Positions 1 to 10,319 of a stretch of DNA of 23,290 bases are shown piece after piece. Source of the DNA: Octopus sinensis (taxonomy: Eukaryota); the NCBI RefSeq assembly GCF_006345805.1, contig NW_021836709.1, positions 1 through 23,290 of the forward strand, written 5' to 3'. Under the pieces are notes generated by a model. That model was not told where the DNA came from, ran no database searches, and was given only the letters and a program-made list of their open reading frames with translations. Within the stretch, counting starts at the first letter, position 1, and each line of letters opens with the position of its first letter. Position numbers and translations under genes: made by a program.

Positions 1-301
1 GTCATTCGCACACGCATACAAATACACATGGATAAATATACAAATATACTAAAATGTATAAATATAATAAAATTTGAAGACGAAAGCATGAAAAATAAAT
101 TAAAAGGACCGTTTCTGTTTCATTTATTTTTGTTTGATTACGAAAAAAAAAAGAAAAGTCTTAAGAACAGCGAAGATAAATTTTATAAGGAATGAGGTTG
201 TTTGTTAATGAGAGAGCTAATTAGTCAAGGATTGAGTGTGATGCAAATATGTTCTTAGTTCTCTCTACATGCAGAAAACTGCATTGCGTGATATTTGGCC
301 T

Positions 302-400
302 GAGGTTAGAGAAAGAGAAAGAGAGAGAGAGTGCGTGTGTGTGTGTGTTGTGTGTGTGAGTGTGTTTGTGTGTGTGTGTGTGAGTGAGAGAGAGTAAAAT
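302..400. repeat. (AG)n/(TG)n compound microsatellite
   Basis: Direct reading: gagaaagaga... followed by (tg)n. Confidence 0.9.
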
Positions 401-465
401 TATAAACAAAATAAAAATAACGTAAACAACACTTTTTTTAATGTAAAACTATAGAAAAACGGAGA

Positions 466-539
466 TGAGTGTATATATATATATATTATATTATATATAT
501 ATGTATATTAATATATATATATATATATATATATTAATA

Positions 540-572
<33 letters not shown>

Positions 573-669
573 GTATGTATTATAATATATAAAATATTAT
601 ATATATATATTTGTGTGAGTGTGTGTATCTATACTATATGTATGTGGTATATATATATATATATATATG
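466..669. repeat. (TA)n-rich microsatellite flanking the hammerhead array on the left
   Basis: Direct reading; this repeat is the source of ORF 465-692. Confidence 0.9.
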
Positions 670-674
670 TAACC

Positions 675-1176
675 ATTAAGGGTAGAAATTGATATTATTC
701 AATTAAAACCAGGGTCTAGCACATTCAAAAGAATCCGAAGATTAAAATATTTATATATATACCATTAAGACTAGCACGAAAAGGTGGACATTCAACATGC
801 TAGATCTAGACTCAAATCGCCATTCTCCACAAGGATTATGTTCTCAAATAAACATAAAAAAAAATTCAGCAGCACGACCTAAAGCCATGGATGAGACAAA
901 AAAATACTAAGTGGAATAATTACCTACGTACTGCAGTTTCAGCTATTAATATCACAAGGAATCTGTAGCTTCATCAGCGTAGTCTGTTATGAGCATATAT
1001 GCGTACTAGATGAAAAACGGTACCGAAGTCCCGCATGCAAAAAGTACACCTATTACGTTCGGATGTATCTGTCGAATGCCTCTACTTTTGGCGCGCTGAT
1101 AATCGAAAAACTAGCCTGCAGCCAATAATTAGCAGCAGTCAATTTATCGTTTGAGAACATATATTCATATTTAAAA
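675..1176 (-). mobile_element. Hammerhead-bearing non-coding repeat, family 1, copy 1 (full ~500-bp unit; Penelope-pLTR/retrozyme-like)
   Basis: Near-identical to 1177-1608 (ATTAAGGGTAGAAATTGATATT starts at both 675 and 1177) and to the reverse complement of 1609-2010. Contains a hammerhead and no long ORF. The repeat structure is seen directly; the class assignment is inferred. Confidence 0.75.
916..990 (-). ncRNA. Type I hammerhead ribozyme (family 1, copy 1)
   Basis: Minus strand reads: stem I CUACG (982-978), core CUGAUGA (977-971), stem II AGCUA (970-966)/UAGCU (945-941), GAAA (940-937), C-UGCA-G, UA, predicted cut between 929 and 928, then CGUAG (928-924) closing stem I. Confidence 0.9.
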
Positions 1177-1608
1177 ATTAAGGGTAGAAATTGATATTAG
1201 TCAATAAAACCAGTGGTCTAGCACATTAAAAAGAATCCGAAGATTAAAATATTTATATAACCAATAAGGACTGAGCACGAAAAGGTGGACAGTCAACATG
1301 CTAGATATAGACGTCAAATCGCCATTCTCCACAAGGATTATGTTCTCAAATAAAAATAAAATTCAGCACGACCTAAAGCAATGGATGAGACAAAAAAATA
1401 CTAAGTGGAATAATTACCTACGTACTGCAGTTTCAGCTATTAATATCACAAGGATATCTGTAGCTTCATCAGCGTAGTCTGTTATGAGCATAATATGCTG
1501 TACTAGATGAAAAACGGCACCGAAGTCCCGCATGCAAAAAGTACAACCTATTACGTTCGTGATGTAATCTTTCCGAATGCTCCCTACTTTTGCGCGCTGA
1601 TAATCGAA
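1177..1608 (-). mobile_element. Family 1 repeat, copy 2 (direct tandem copy, truncated at the fold-back junction)
   Basis: Colinear with 675-~1107. Ends at ...GCTGATAATCGAA (1608), where the inverted copy begins. Confidence 0.75.
1410..1485 (-). ncRNA. Type I hammerhead ribozyme (family 1, copy 2)
   Basis: Core CUGAUGA at 1472-1466, stem II 1465-1461/1439-1435, GAAA 1434-1431, loop UGCA 1429-1426, GUA cleavage triplet with predicted cut between 1423 and 1422, stem I 1477-1473/1422-1418. Confidence 0.9.
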
Positions 1609-2010
1609 TGACTGCTGCTAATTATTGGCTGCAGCTAGTTTTTCGATTATGCAGCGCGCCAAAGTAGAGGCATTCGAAAGATACATCCGAACGTAATAGG
1701 TTGTACTTTTTGCATGCGGGACTTCGTGCCGTTTTTCATCTAGTACAGCATATTATGCTCATAACAGACTACGCTGATGAAGCTACAGATATCCTTGTGA
1801 TAGTAATAGCTGAAACTGCAGTACGTAGGTAATTATTCCACTTAGTATTTTTTTTTGTCTCATCCATTGCTTTAGGTCGTGCTGAATTTTATTTTTATTT
1901 GAGAACATAATCCTTGTGGAGAATGTCGATTTGACGTCGATATCTAGCATGTTTGACTGTCCACCTTTTTTTTTTTTTTTTTTTTCCCGTGCTCAGTCTT
2001 AAGTGGTATA
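1609..2010 (+). mobile_element. Family 1 repeat, copy 3 (inverted relative to copies 1 and 2)
   Basis: TGACTGCTGCTAATTATTGGCTGCAG... is the reverse complement of the copy 1 end near 1141. The match continues to GCTCAGTCTTAAGTGGTATA (2010). The T4 run of the other copies is T20 here (1966-1985). Confidence 0.75.
1761..1836 (+). ncRNA. Type I hammerhead ribozyme (family 1, copy 3)
   Basis: CTACG (1769-73), CTGATGA (1774-80), AGCTA (1781-85) ... TAGCT (1807-11), GAAA (1812-15), C TGCA G (1816-21), TA (1822-23), predicted cut, CGTAG (1824-28). Outer stem I extension ATAA (1761-64)/TTAT (1833-36). Confidence 0.92.
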
Positions 2011-2049
2011 TTATATTATATAGATATATATATCTATATATATATATTA

Positions 2050-2093
<44 letters not shown>

Positions 2094-2132
2094 ATATATA
2101 CACAGATATATATATATATATATAATATATAT
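2011..2132. repeat. (TA)n microsatellite flanking the hammerhead array on the right
   Basis: Direct reading. Confidence 0.9.
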
Positions 2133-2185
2133 ACCAGAGGATAGCGATTGTTGGTTTTGCAAAAATTAATATAACGATGTCTATA

Positions 2186-2308
2186 GGATGGTAAGGTTAA
2201 CAATGCTGCTACTGGTGGTGTTGCTAGTGCTGCTGCTGCTGATGATGATCATGATGATCATGATGATGATGATCATGATCATGGTGGTGGTGGTGTTGGT
2301 GGTGATGG

Positions 2309-2348
<40 letters not shown>

Positions 2349-2430
2349 AATGACGATGGTGATGATGGTGATGATGAGGATGGTGATGATGGTGATGATG
2401 ATGATGATGATGATGATGACGATGGTAATG
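2186..2430. repeat. (GAT)n/(GGT)n trinucleotide repeat tract
   Basis: Direct reading; explains the poly-M/I/S ORFs at 2181-2533. Confidence 0.9.
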
Positions 2431-2904
2431 ACAGGACTGCGTTGCGGTTGTGAATATGAATACAGCGGTGATAATGATACCGACAATAGTGCTTATGTTT
2501 ATGAAGCTTTCCTATATCGCTAGTCATTGCCATGACATTGTCAAAAGAAACAAAGCGCTGCGTTTATGACCGTTTCCTGCAACTCCAAGACAGGAGAGTT
2601 GGAAATATTATGTGTTACCTTCGAACAGCAAATACCTGGCCTAAATACTTTCAACAAAATGTAATCTACCAAAGTCAGACTTTTGTTTGGATTAAGCGAG
2701 TAACTGATTAACTGTATACTCTGAAATATATAGAGCCAATCTGTGTCAAGTCTCCACACAGATAGCCTTAACGTAATTTTATAATCCTTGCCTCTATGTT
2801 GCGGTAGAGAACGTGTGTGTGAAGTACAGTTCTATATTTAAGAGATGTGTGTGACGTACCTCGCAGTCAGGTTTGAACGATTAAATTACAACGTGAATCT
2901 CCAA

Positions 2905-2917
2905 GTCACAGGTAAGC
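2905..2917 (+). other. Candidate 5' splice site CAG|GTAAGC (intron would start at 2912)
   Basis: Consensus-like donor in non-repetitive sequence; no upstream reading frame could be supported. Confidence 0.2.
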
Positions 2918-3139
2918 GACAGTATCGTAAGTGTTGAATTTGTGGAGGACAAATTAAAGATTGGATATAGAAATCTAATGGAATGTGCAAGTAAAAGAAA
3001 ATTTTCAGAACAATGAGCTAGAAATTGTATTGATCTGTGAAGTCTTCTGTGATTTCCATGATGAAGGAGATATGGAAAGTGATGAGTGAGGAGTTACGAC
3101 AGCAAAACCGAATGTTTTGAATTATGCTCATCACTGGCA

Positions 3140-3350
3140 TTCACACACACACACACACATATATATATATGTACACATACAAACAAACAGAAACAGAGAC
3201 ACGCACATGCATATACATACATGCAAGCATATATATAAATACATATATATGTGTGTATGTATATATATATATATATATATATGATATATGTATATAATAT
3301 ATGTGTGTGTGTGTGTGTAAACATGTAAACAGATTTATATGTATATATAT
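3140..3350. repeat. (CA)n/(TA)n/(TG)n compound microsatellite
   Basis: Direct reading. Confidence 0.85.
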
Positions 3351-3817
3351 TGTTATATTTCGGGATGGTCATTTTTTGACAAATAAGCACACGCACTATA
3401 TATTCGTTCTTCACTTCAGATTTATTGTTGTTCATATTTTACTATCTTTTGTCTGGAAAACCTTCCGTTCCACATCCTTCCTTGGTGGGTAGTTAGGTAG
3501 GTAAGTAGGTAGGTATATACTTGTATACTTGTATAGAGAGCGGTAAATGTTACACGAAATTGTTTAATTAATGTTTATGCAAATAGACTGTAGGATTTGA
3601 TGCGTTTATAATATAGTCGTTGAGGATTTCCTTAGGTTAGCATTTTCTATATATATCGGGATTGTAATTTAGGTGTTTAATTTTTTTTTTTAAATTTAAT
3701 ATCTTTGTAACTTAGATATATTTTATCATAATTTTATTATATTTTATTTTTCTATTTAATATGACTCTTAATATGTATTTTTAACTTTAACCCGTTAATA
3801 ATAACAACAACAAGATA

Positions 3818-3900
3818 AATATTCTGAGGACGCACTGGTGATTTATGTATTAGGTATAGCCTTGATACACACCCAACTAGCGCAGAAATAAGTGTAGCAT
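3818..3900 (+). ncRNA. Possible decayed hammerhead motif
   Basis: CTGAGGA (3824-30) ... GAAA (3885-88). Partial stem II: CGC/GCG, CTGG/CTAG, GTG/CAC. Two unpaired nt precede GAAA, and stems I and III pair poorly. Confidence 0.25.
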
Positions 3901-3928
3901 TGATTAGAAATACCTTCTTTCCCCACAG

Positions 3929-3939
3929 ACTAAGAACAG
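3929..3939 (+). other. Candidate 11-nt micro-exon ACTAAGAACAG
   Basis: Acceptor TACCTTCTTTCCCCACAG| followed 11 nt later by consensus donor CAG|GTAAGT. Confidence 0.3.
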
Positions 3940-4066
3940 GTAAGTTATATTTATTATTTCAACTAATCTTATTATATTTTATAGAAGATTTTTATATTAT
4001 TTTATTGGATATAACTTTCTATTCCATACAATAAGGTTATCCTGAAATAGGAGTTGATGTTGTATT

Positions 4067-4108
<42 letters not shown>

Positions 4109-4168
4109 TAGATAGATAGATAGACAGATAGATAGATACATGCATACATACATATATACATACATACA

Positions 4169-4199
<31 letters not shown>

Positions 4200-4200
4200 C
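4067..4200. repeat. (AAT)n-(GATA)n-(CATA)n compound microsatellite
   Basis: Direct reading. Confidence 0.9.
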
Positions 4201-4231
4201 TATATGGTGTGTGTATTATATATATACTATA

Positions 4232-4626
4232 GGCGCAGGAGTGGCTGTGTGGTAAGTAGCTTGCTAACCAACCACATGGTTCCGGGTTCAGTCCCACTGC
4301 GTGGCATCTTGGCAAGTGTCTTCTGCTAGCCCCGGGCCGACCATGCCTTGTGAGTGGATTTGGTAGACGGAAACTGAAAGAAGCCTGTCGTATATATGTA
4401 TATATATGTATATATGTATGTGTGTGTTTGTCCCCCTAGCATTGCTTGACAACCGATGCTGGTGTGTTTACGTCCCCGTCACTTAGCGGTTCGGCAAAAG
4501 AGACCGATAGAATAAGTACTGGGCTTACAAAGAATAAGTCCCGGGGTCGATTTGCTCGACTAAAGGCGGTGCTCCAGCATGGCCGCAGTCAAATGACTGA
4601 AACAAGTAAAAAGAAAAAAAGAAAAA
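4232..4626 (+). mobile_element. tRNA-derived SINE, family A, full length
   Basis: A-box-like TGGCTGTGTGG (4242-52), B-box-like GGGTTCAGTCCC (4284-95), internal (TA)/(TG) tract and A-rich tail. Homologous copies at 6705, 17746 and 18151. Recalled as an abundant octopus SINE (unverified). Confidence 0.9.
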
Positions 4627-4879
4627 GATATATACATATACGCAGACGCGCATGCACACAAACTCGCGCAAGCTCACACAAATATATACGAAAGCGTCCA
4701 CATAGTATATTTATAATACTACTTTAATATCATATTAATACGAATCATCATCTTTCGTAGAATATCATGTTGCTGCTCAGGTTCCTACTGTATAGCGTGT
4801 TTGTGACACAATGTGACTGAATCTGAAAAGAAACAAAATAACAGGATGTTCACTACTAGAACGATTTAATCATATGTAT

Positions 4880-5175
4880 GCTCATACTATTGTTGGTTAT
4901 GATGATTATGAGGATGATGGTTATGGTGACAAAATGGTTGAGGTGCCGGTGGTAACTATTGTGGTGTTGTTGCAGCTGATGATGATAACCATGAGGATAA
5001 TTGTGGTGCTTGTGGTGGTGATGATAATGACAACGACAATGACGGCTGTGGAGGTTTTAGTGGTTGCGGTGATGAGGATGAGGTTGACAACGACGACGAC
5101 GACGACGTTGATGATGATGATGCCGATGAAGACGTGATGGTGTTGGTGGTGAACACAACATCGACGACGGCGGTG
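4880..5175. repeat. Degenerate GAT/GAC/GTG trinucleotide tract
   Basis: Direct reading; explains the low-complexity ORFs at 4874-5214. Confidence 0.8.
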
Positions 5176-6704
5176 AGGGCGAACTTCTATGTCGGTTATT
5201 GTGCTGCAGTTCATGTCATGCCGGTTTTATTTCCTATGCAACAGTTAACTGACATCCTGGGACATTATCTAAAACACTATGCACGTGTATGGCGTTCTTT
5301 CTACATAGATAAATGAACTTTTCATTAGACTATACTTGTTTATTGTTTGAGTTGTTGACGCTCTTATTGTGATTTTGATTTCTTGCTGTTTTTCTTCATG
5401 TTATGCTTGTTGCGCTTGTGTGTTTTTGACTGTTTCCTTTCTATAGATTCAATTTAAATTCAGGATTTGCTCGTTTGTAATTGTATGTACATTTTTTTGT
5501 AATTTGTTCTTTGTACATTTTATATTTTTCTTTGTCTCCTTTCTATTATGTTCTATCCTTGTCTGTATTATGCTATTCTTTCTCTATAGTATATTCCCCT
5601 TTCTTCTGTTGTTTGCTTAGCAGAAAGAATAATCGGCGCCTACTCTAGACCTGTATTGTCAAAGTAACTTTTACTCGGATTATTAGAGTAAAATCAGTTC
5701 TTTCTCTTCATTATTTGCAAACAAGCAAACCAAAGAGAGAGAACACTATATATACCAAACGATCTTTAAATGAAACGAAAAAAAATAAATAAAGGCAAAA
5801 AATTATTCAAATCAATACGTATAAAATGGAAGCATAAAAACAAAATGTTTTCTACCGGAAACAGGAAAGTTCATTCAGAAGACACTTAGTAGTAACTGAT
5901 ATTGGGTTTTGAAAACGAAGAAACGACAACGCGACGAATTTTCGATTAATGAAGTGAAAACATAATAAGCGATTGTTAGTTACTTTCACTGTGATTGAAG
6001 CAGCCTTTCACGACATATAATTGGATTATTTTTTCGCATGTTTATAGTAAACAAAACCAACAGAAAACATGTGAAAATATATTTAAGACGAAAAAGCAAT
6101 TTAAAAAAGATAAAGTTAAAATAAACGAAAATCATGGTAAACAAAATGGTTAGGTAAAAAAATAAACTACAGATAAAAAAAAATGTATACAAACGGAGGC
6201 AAAGAGCGTGCAAAGATGTTAGAGTAAACTAATATACTACACCTTGCATCAATGACTTTGATGCTAAATTACAAACAACGTAGGTAGAGAAACACAAAAC
6301 GGCGAGTGAAAGACACAAAAGGTGTAATTTAAACTGAAACTAAAACTTGAAGAGGCAGAAAACGGAACAAAAAATAAACAAGGAAATAGTATATACAAAA
6401 TATATAAAAGTAAGAGAAAAATCTCATTTTTAACAGGTGCAATCAATAAGTTAAACAAGGAGAAAAACAAAATAGTGACGTGAGCAACAACAAAGTGAAG
6501 AACACCGAATATAGCAATAAATGAGAGGATATGCCACAAATTTAACAAACGTGCAACTGATTATAGTGATCGTTGTACACTTAAGTAATTATACAATGCA
6601 GTAAAAGTAGTGAATATAAGAATATATACATAGATACTAAATGAGATGATGCTTTCTGCAGCTCAGTAGTGTGCTTCACATAAATATAAGCACGTACATA
6701 AGCA

Positions 6705-6861
6705 TGCAGAGATATATGGAAGTGGTAAGTCGTTCGCTTCGCTACAAAGTGGTTTCTGGTTCAGTTCTTCTGCGTGCACTTTGTGTGACTTGTTCTACAA
6801 CCTCCTGACAGGCAAAGTTTGCGTGGATTTAGGGGCTGGAAACTGAAAGAAGCACACCGTT
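6705..6861 (+). mobile_element. Decayed 5' half of SINE family A
   Basis: GTGGTAAGT...GGTTCAGT...CTGCGTG...GTGGATTT...GGAAACTGAAAGAAGC matches 4232-4390, then runs into (TA)n. Confidence 0.7.
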
Positions 6862-7146
6862 TATATATATATATATATATCTATATATATATAATATTAT
6901 ATATATTATATATATAGATATATATATACATCAAATAAGTAACAAGGCTTTATTTGACATCCTCATTTCGAGCTGTGCAGAATACCAGACTGATTTGGTG
7001 CCTCAATTTAAATACCTAATTCAACTGAATGTTATATATATATATATATACACATATGTATATATATTTACATAAATATTTATGAAATATATATAATATA
7101 TATGCATGTGTGTGCGTGCACATGTGTATATATATTCATATGCATA

Positions 7147-7939
7147 TGAATGTTGGCTGAAAAGTTCTTAAGATGACTATGCAGTAGTGATGCTAGAACT
7201 GTTAAATTTTGCATGCATTACTTTCAACGCTTCTTAGTTATAACTGCATTGCTCCCTTTCCAGATAAACTGAAATCTGCTTATTCAAACAACACTTCAAA
7301 AGTGAGTCGTAGCTACACCTCTTGAAAAGGGATAAAACCGTGCATCACGTTGTTATGAAGTACCTTCAGAAAAGAGTGTGGCCCCCCAAGGACATTCATG
7401 CTATATTTGCTACATTTTAGGATAACACTTCAGATGTATCAGCATGTAAAAATGGGCTGCCGAATAGAGGAGAGAAGGGGAGAGTTTTGAAGATAACCCA
7501 AGGTCTGGACGTTCTGCAACTACCACCATGGAGGAAGACATCATGTTTTCCACGTGGTGATGGGTGACAGGTGATTGACAATAAATTAAATAGTCAACGC
7601 TATTAGCATGTCCCCTGAGAATATTCTGTACAATGAACTTGGCATGACGAGGGTTTCTTCTCGATGGGTGACGTGTCTTCTAATACTTGATCAAAAGCAC
7701 AGCAGGCAGATTACATCACAGGAAAATCTAACATTGTTCGAAGCAGAGCCACCTGGATCCCTTGAACATTTCCTAACACAGAATGAGTGTTCGGCTCGCT
7801 TCTCTGAGCCAGAGACAAAGAGATGATCCATGCAGTAGAAAGCTCGCTCTTTACCTACCCCAAAGACATTTCATTAACCTGAAAGGTTACAGCCTCAGCT
7901 TTGGTGGATGCAAAAGGCATTGTGTTTATTGACCATCTG
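7147..7939 (+). mobile_element. Mariner (Tc1/mariner) transposon remnant, 3'-truncated, with transposase pseudogene
   Basis: TA followed by a TIR-like TGAATGTTGGCTGAAAAGTTC. Decayed ORF from 7328 reads (M>R)DKTVHHVVMKYLQK ... ELGMTRVSSRWVTCLL (WVPREL-like motif) ... FLTQNEC (first catalytic D mutated to N) ... EPETKR ... DAKGIVFIDHL. Later motifs and the right TIR are absent. Confidence 0.88.
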
Positions 7940-7973
7940 ACCATTGTACATACGTACCTACCCAAAAGTAGTC

Positions 7974-8018
<45 letters not shown>

Positions 8019-8102
8019 CATGTATGTATGTATATGTGTGTGTGTGTGTGTATTTCAAAAGTAAATTTTACCTCTAAACATGATTTGTACCACATAGAAA
8101 AG

Positions 8103-8313
8103 CAGTTTAGCTAAACCTCAGGTCTAATTAACTTCAGTTGTTTAAATCGTTGCATGGTGATCAGTGAAAAATCACTGATTTGGCCGCTGCCAAATGGTAA
8201 TTGCCTGCTGACAATTAATCTCATTGGGCATATAGCTTAGTGAATCATTCACTCGTCTTTTTGCGACGTTATAAACAACAGCAAGTGATGGGACCACAAG
8301 ATTAGCTAAACTG
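8103..8313. other. Palindrome-rich non-repetitive segment bounded by 12-bp inverted repeats
   Basis: CAGTTTAGCTAA (8103-14) pairs with TTAGCTAAACTG (8302-13); at least five internal short hairpins lie between them. Confidence 0.4.
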
Positions 8314-8619
8314 ATTATGTATGTTTTACGAGTGTTGAAAGACATAAGGTTTATATTTGAAATGTATGTAGAATTTACTTACTTTTCCAATTCTTTGCGT
8401 TCTTTGGTTTTTATTTTTATATTTTGCAAATTTTCACTGCTAAGCGATGAGGTGCACTGTGACAATCAAAAATATAGAATTCACCATCAATTTGAAAATG
8501 GTACTAATTGTATAAACTACGCTCATCAATAAACTTTCTTAACTGGATATTTGTCATTTCTACATGCTGACTAACTACTAAGATCTTTTTGGATCGTACT
8601 ACCTAAATCCCCATTTCTG

Positions 8620-9300
<681 letters not shown>

Positions 9301-9304
9301 TGTA

Positions 9305-9450
9305 TATGATGGCTGTCCACTCGTGACCGAGGAAGACCATTGCTGACTATTAAGTACGTTCTGCTGTCAGGCCATAATAAATTTTACAGTTGTGGCCCCG
9401 GTGGTGATCGTACCCAGCTCTTGACAAACGAACACGTCTGCTGATTCACA
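9305..9450 (-). mobile_element. Probable 3' terminus of an RTE-clade LINE
   Basis: A minus-strand frame reads SRRVRLSRAGYDHHRGHNCK, similar to the RTE C-terminal CGRxCxSRxGLxSHxRxH motif. It is followed by CAATGGTCTTCCTCGGTCACGAGTGGACAGCCATCAT, an RTE-like 3' end. Both comparisons are from recall. Confidence 0.5.
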
Positions 9451-9459
9451 TACATACTT

Positions 9460-9885
9460 TCCCCATTCACATACATGCATACATATGTGTATGTGTGTTA
9501 GTATGCTAGGCTAATGGTATATGTATGTATGTATGTATGTTGTACGTATGTATGTATGTATTATGTATGTATGTATGTATGTATGTATGTATGTATGTAT
9601 GTATGTATGTATGTATGTATGCATGTATGTATGTCTGTATGTATTTATGTACCTATGCATGCCGATATGTTTGTGTGGCCGTATATGCGTATGTGTTTGT
9701 GCGTATGTGTTTGTGTGTTGAGAGTAGACGGTTGTAATAAAAAGTTTAAGCGAATTTTGCTTTCAAGAGCAGTTCTTTAACAACTACACCAATACACCAA
9801 TACGACATACACTTGTAAACATATATATATATATATATGTGTGTGGTGTGTGTGTGTATGTGTGTATATACATATATATATATAA

Positions 9886-9925
<40 letters not shown>

Positions 9926-9990
9926 TATATTATATATAATATATATATATAGATATATATATATATATATTATAATATATATATACACAC
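9460..9990. repeat. (ATGT)n and (TA)n microsatellites
   Basis: Direct reading. Confidence 0.85.
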
Positions 9991-10319
9991 ACAGAAACTT
10001 CCATGCATAAAATATAAAGGAAATCACAAAAGATACACAAAACAGACATGCAGCCATAAACATGCATCAAACACATAAATAAGCGCAAGAAAAACAAGAA
10101 ACACACACACAAAATGTTTACAGTAACATCAACAGCAAAAGAAGATTTGGCATGATGAGTACAGAGGAAAAAAAAAACTATGGTAAATAAGAAAACCAAA
10201 GCAGAAAACAACCGAAATAGCACCAGAAACAAGTACATCAGCAACATCGGGGGAAACAAAACCGATTGATGACATAAATACGAATGCGGCATTGTTGCAA
10301 ATGTACATTCATTTGTGTG

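Noticed and set aside
1511-1632. Frame DEKRHEVPHAKSTTYYVRMYLSNASTLARCIIEKLAAANN reconstructed from the family 1 consensus
   Set aside because: Short, broken by indels in individual copies, and no recognisable homology.
675-2010. CRISPR array, or a pure missed-adapter long-read artefact, as the explanation for the triplication
   Set aside because: There is no short repeat-spacer pattern. A missed adapter gives alternating orientations, whereas this is direct-direct-inverted and centred on a coherent ribozyme. A partial artefact still needs checking with raw reads.
2490-2575. TTTATGAAGC...GAAAC with a GTCAT/ATGAC hairpin as a hammerhead
   Set aside because: The core is not CUGANGA, and stems I and II do not pair.
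4232-4300. tRNA gene
   Set aside because: It has A/B boxes but no cloverleaf and continues into the SINE body; it is a SINE head.
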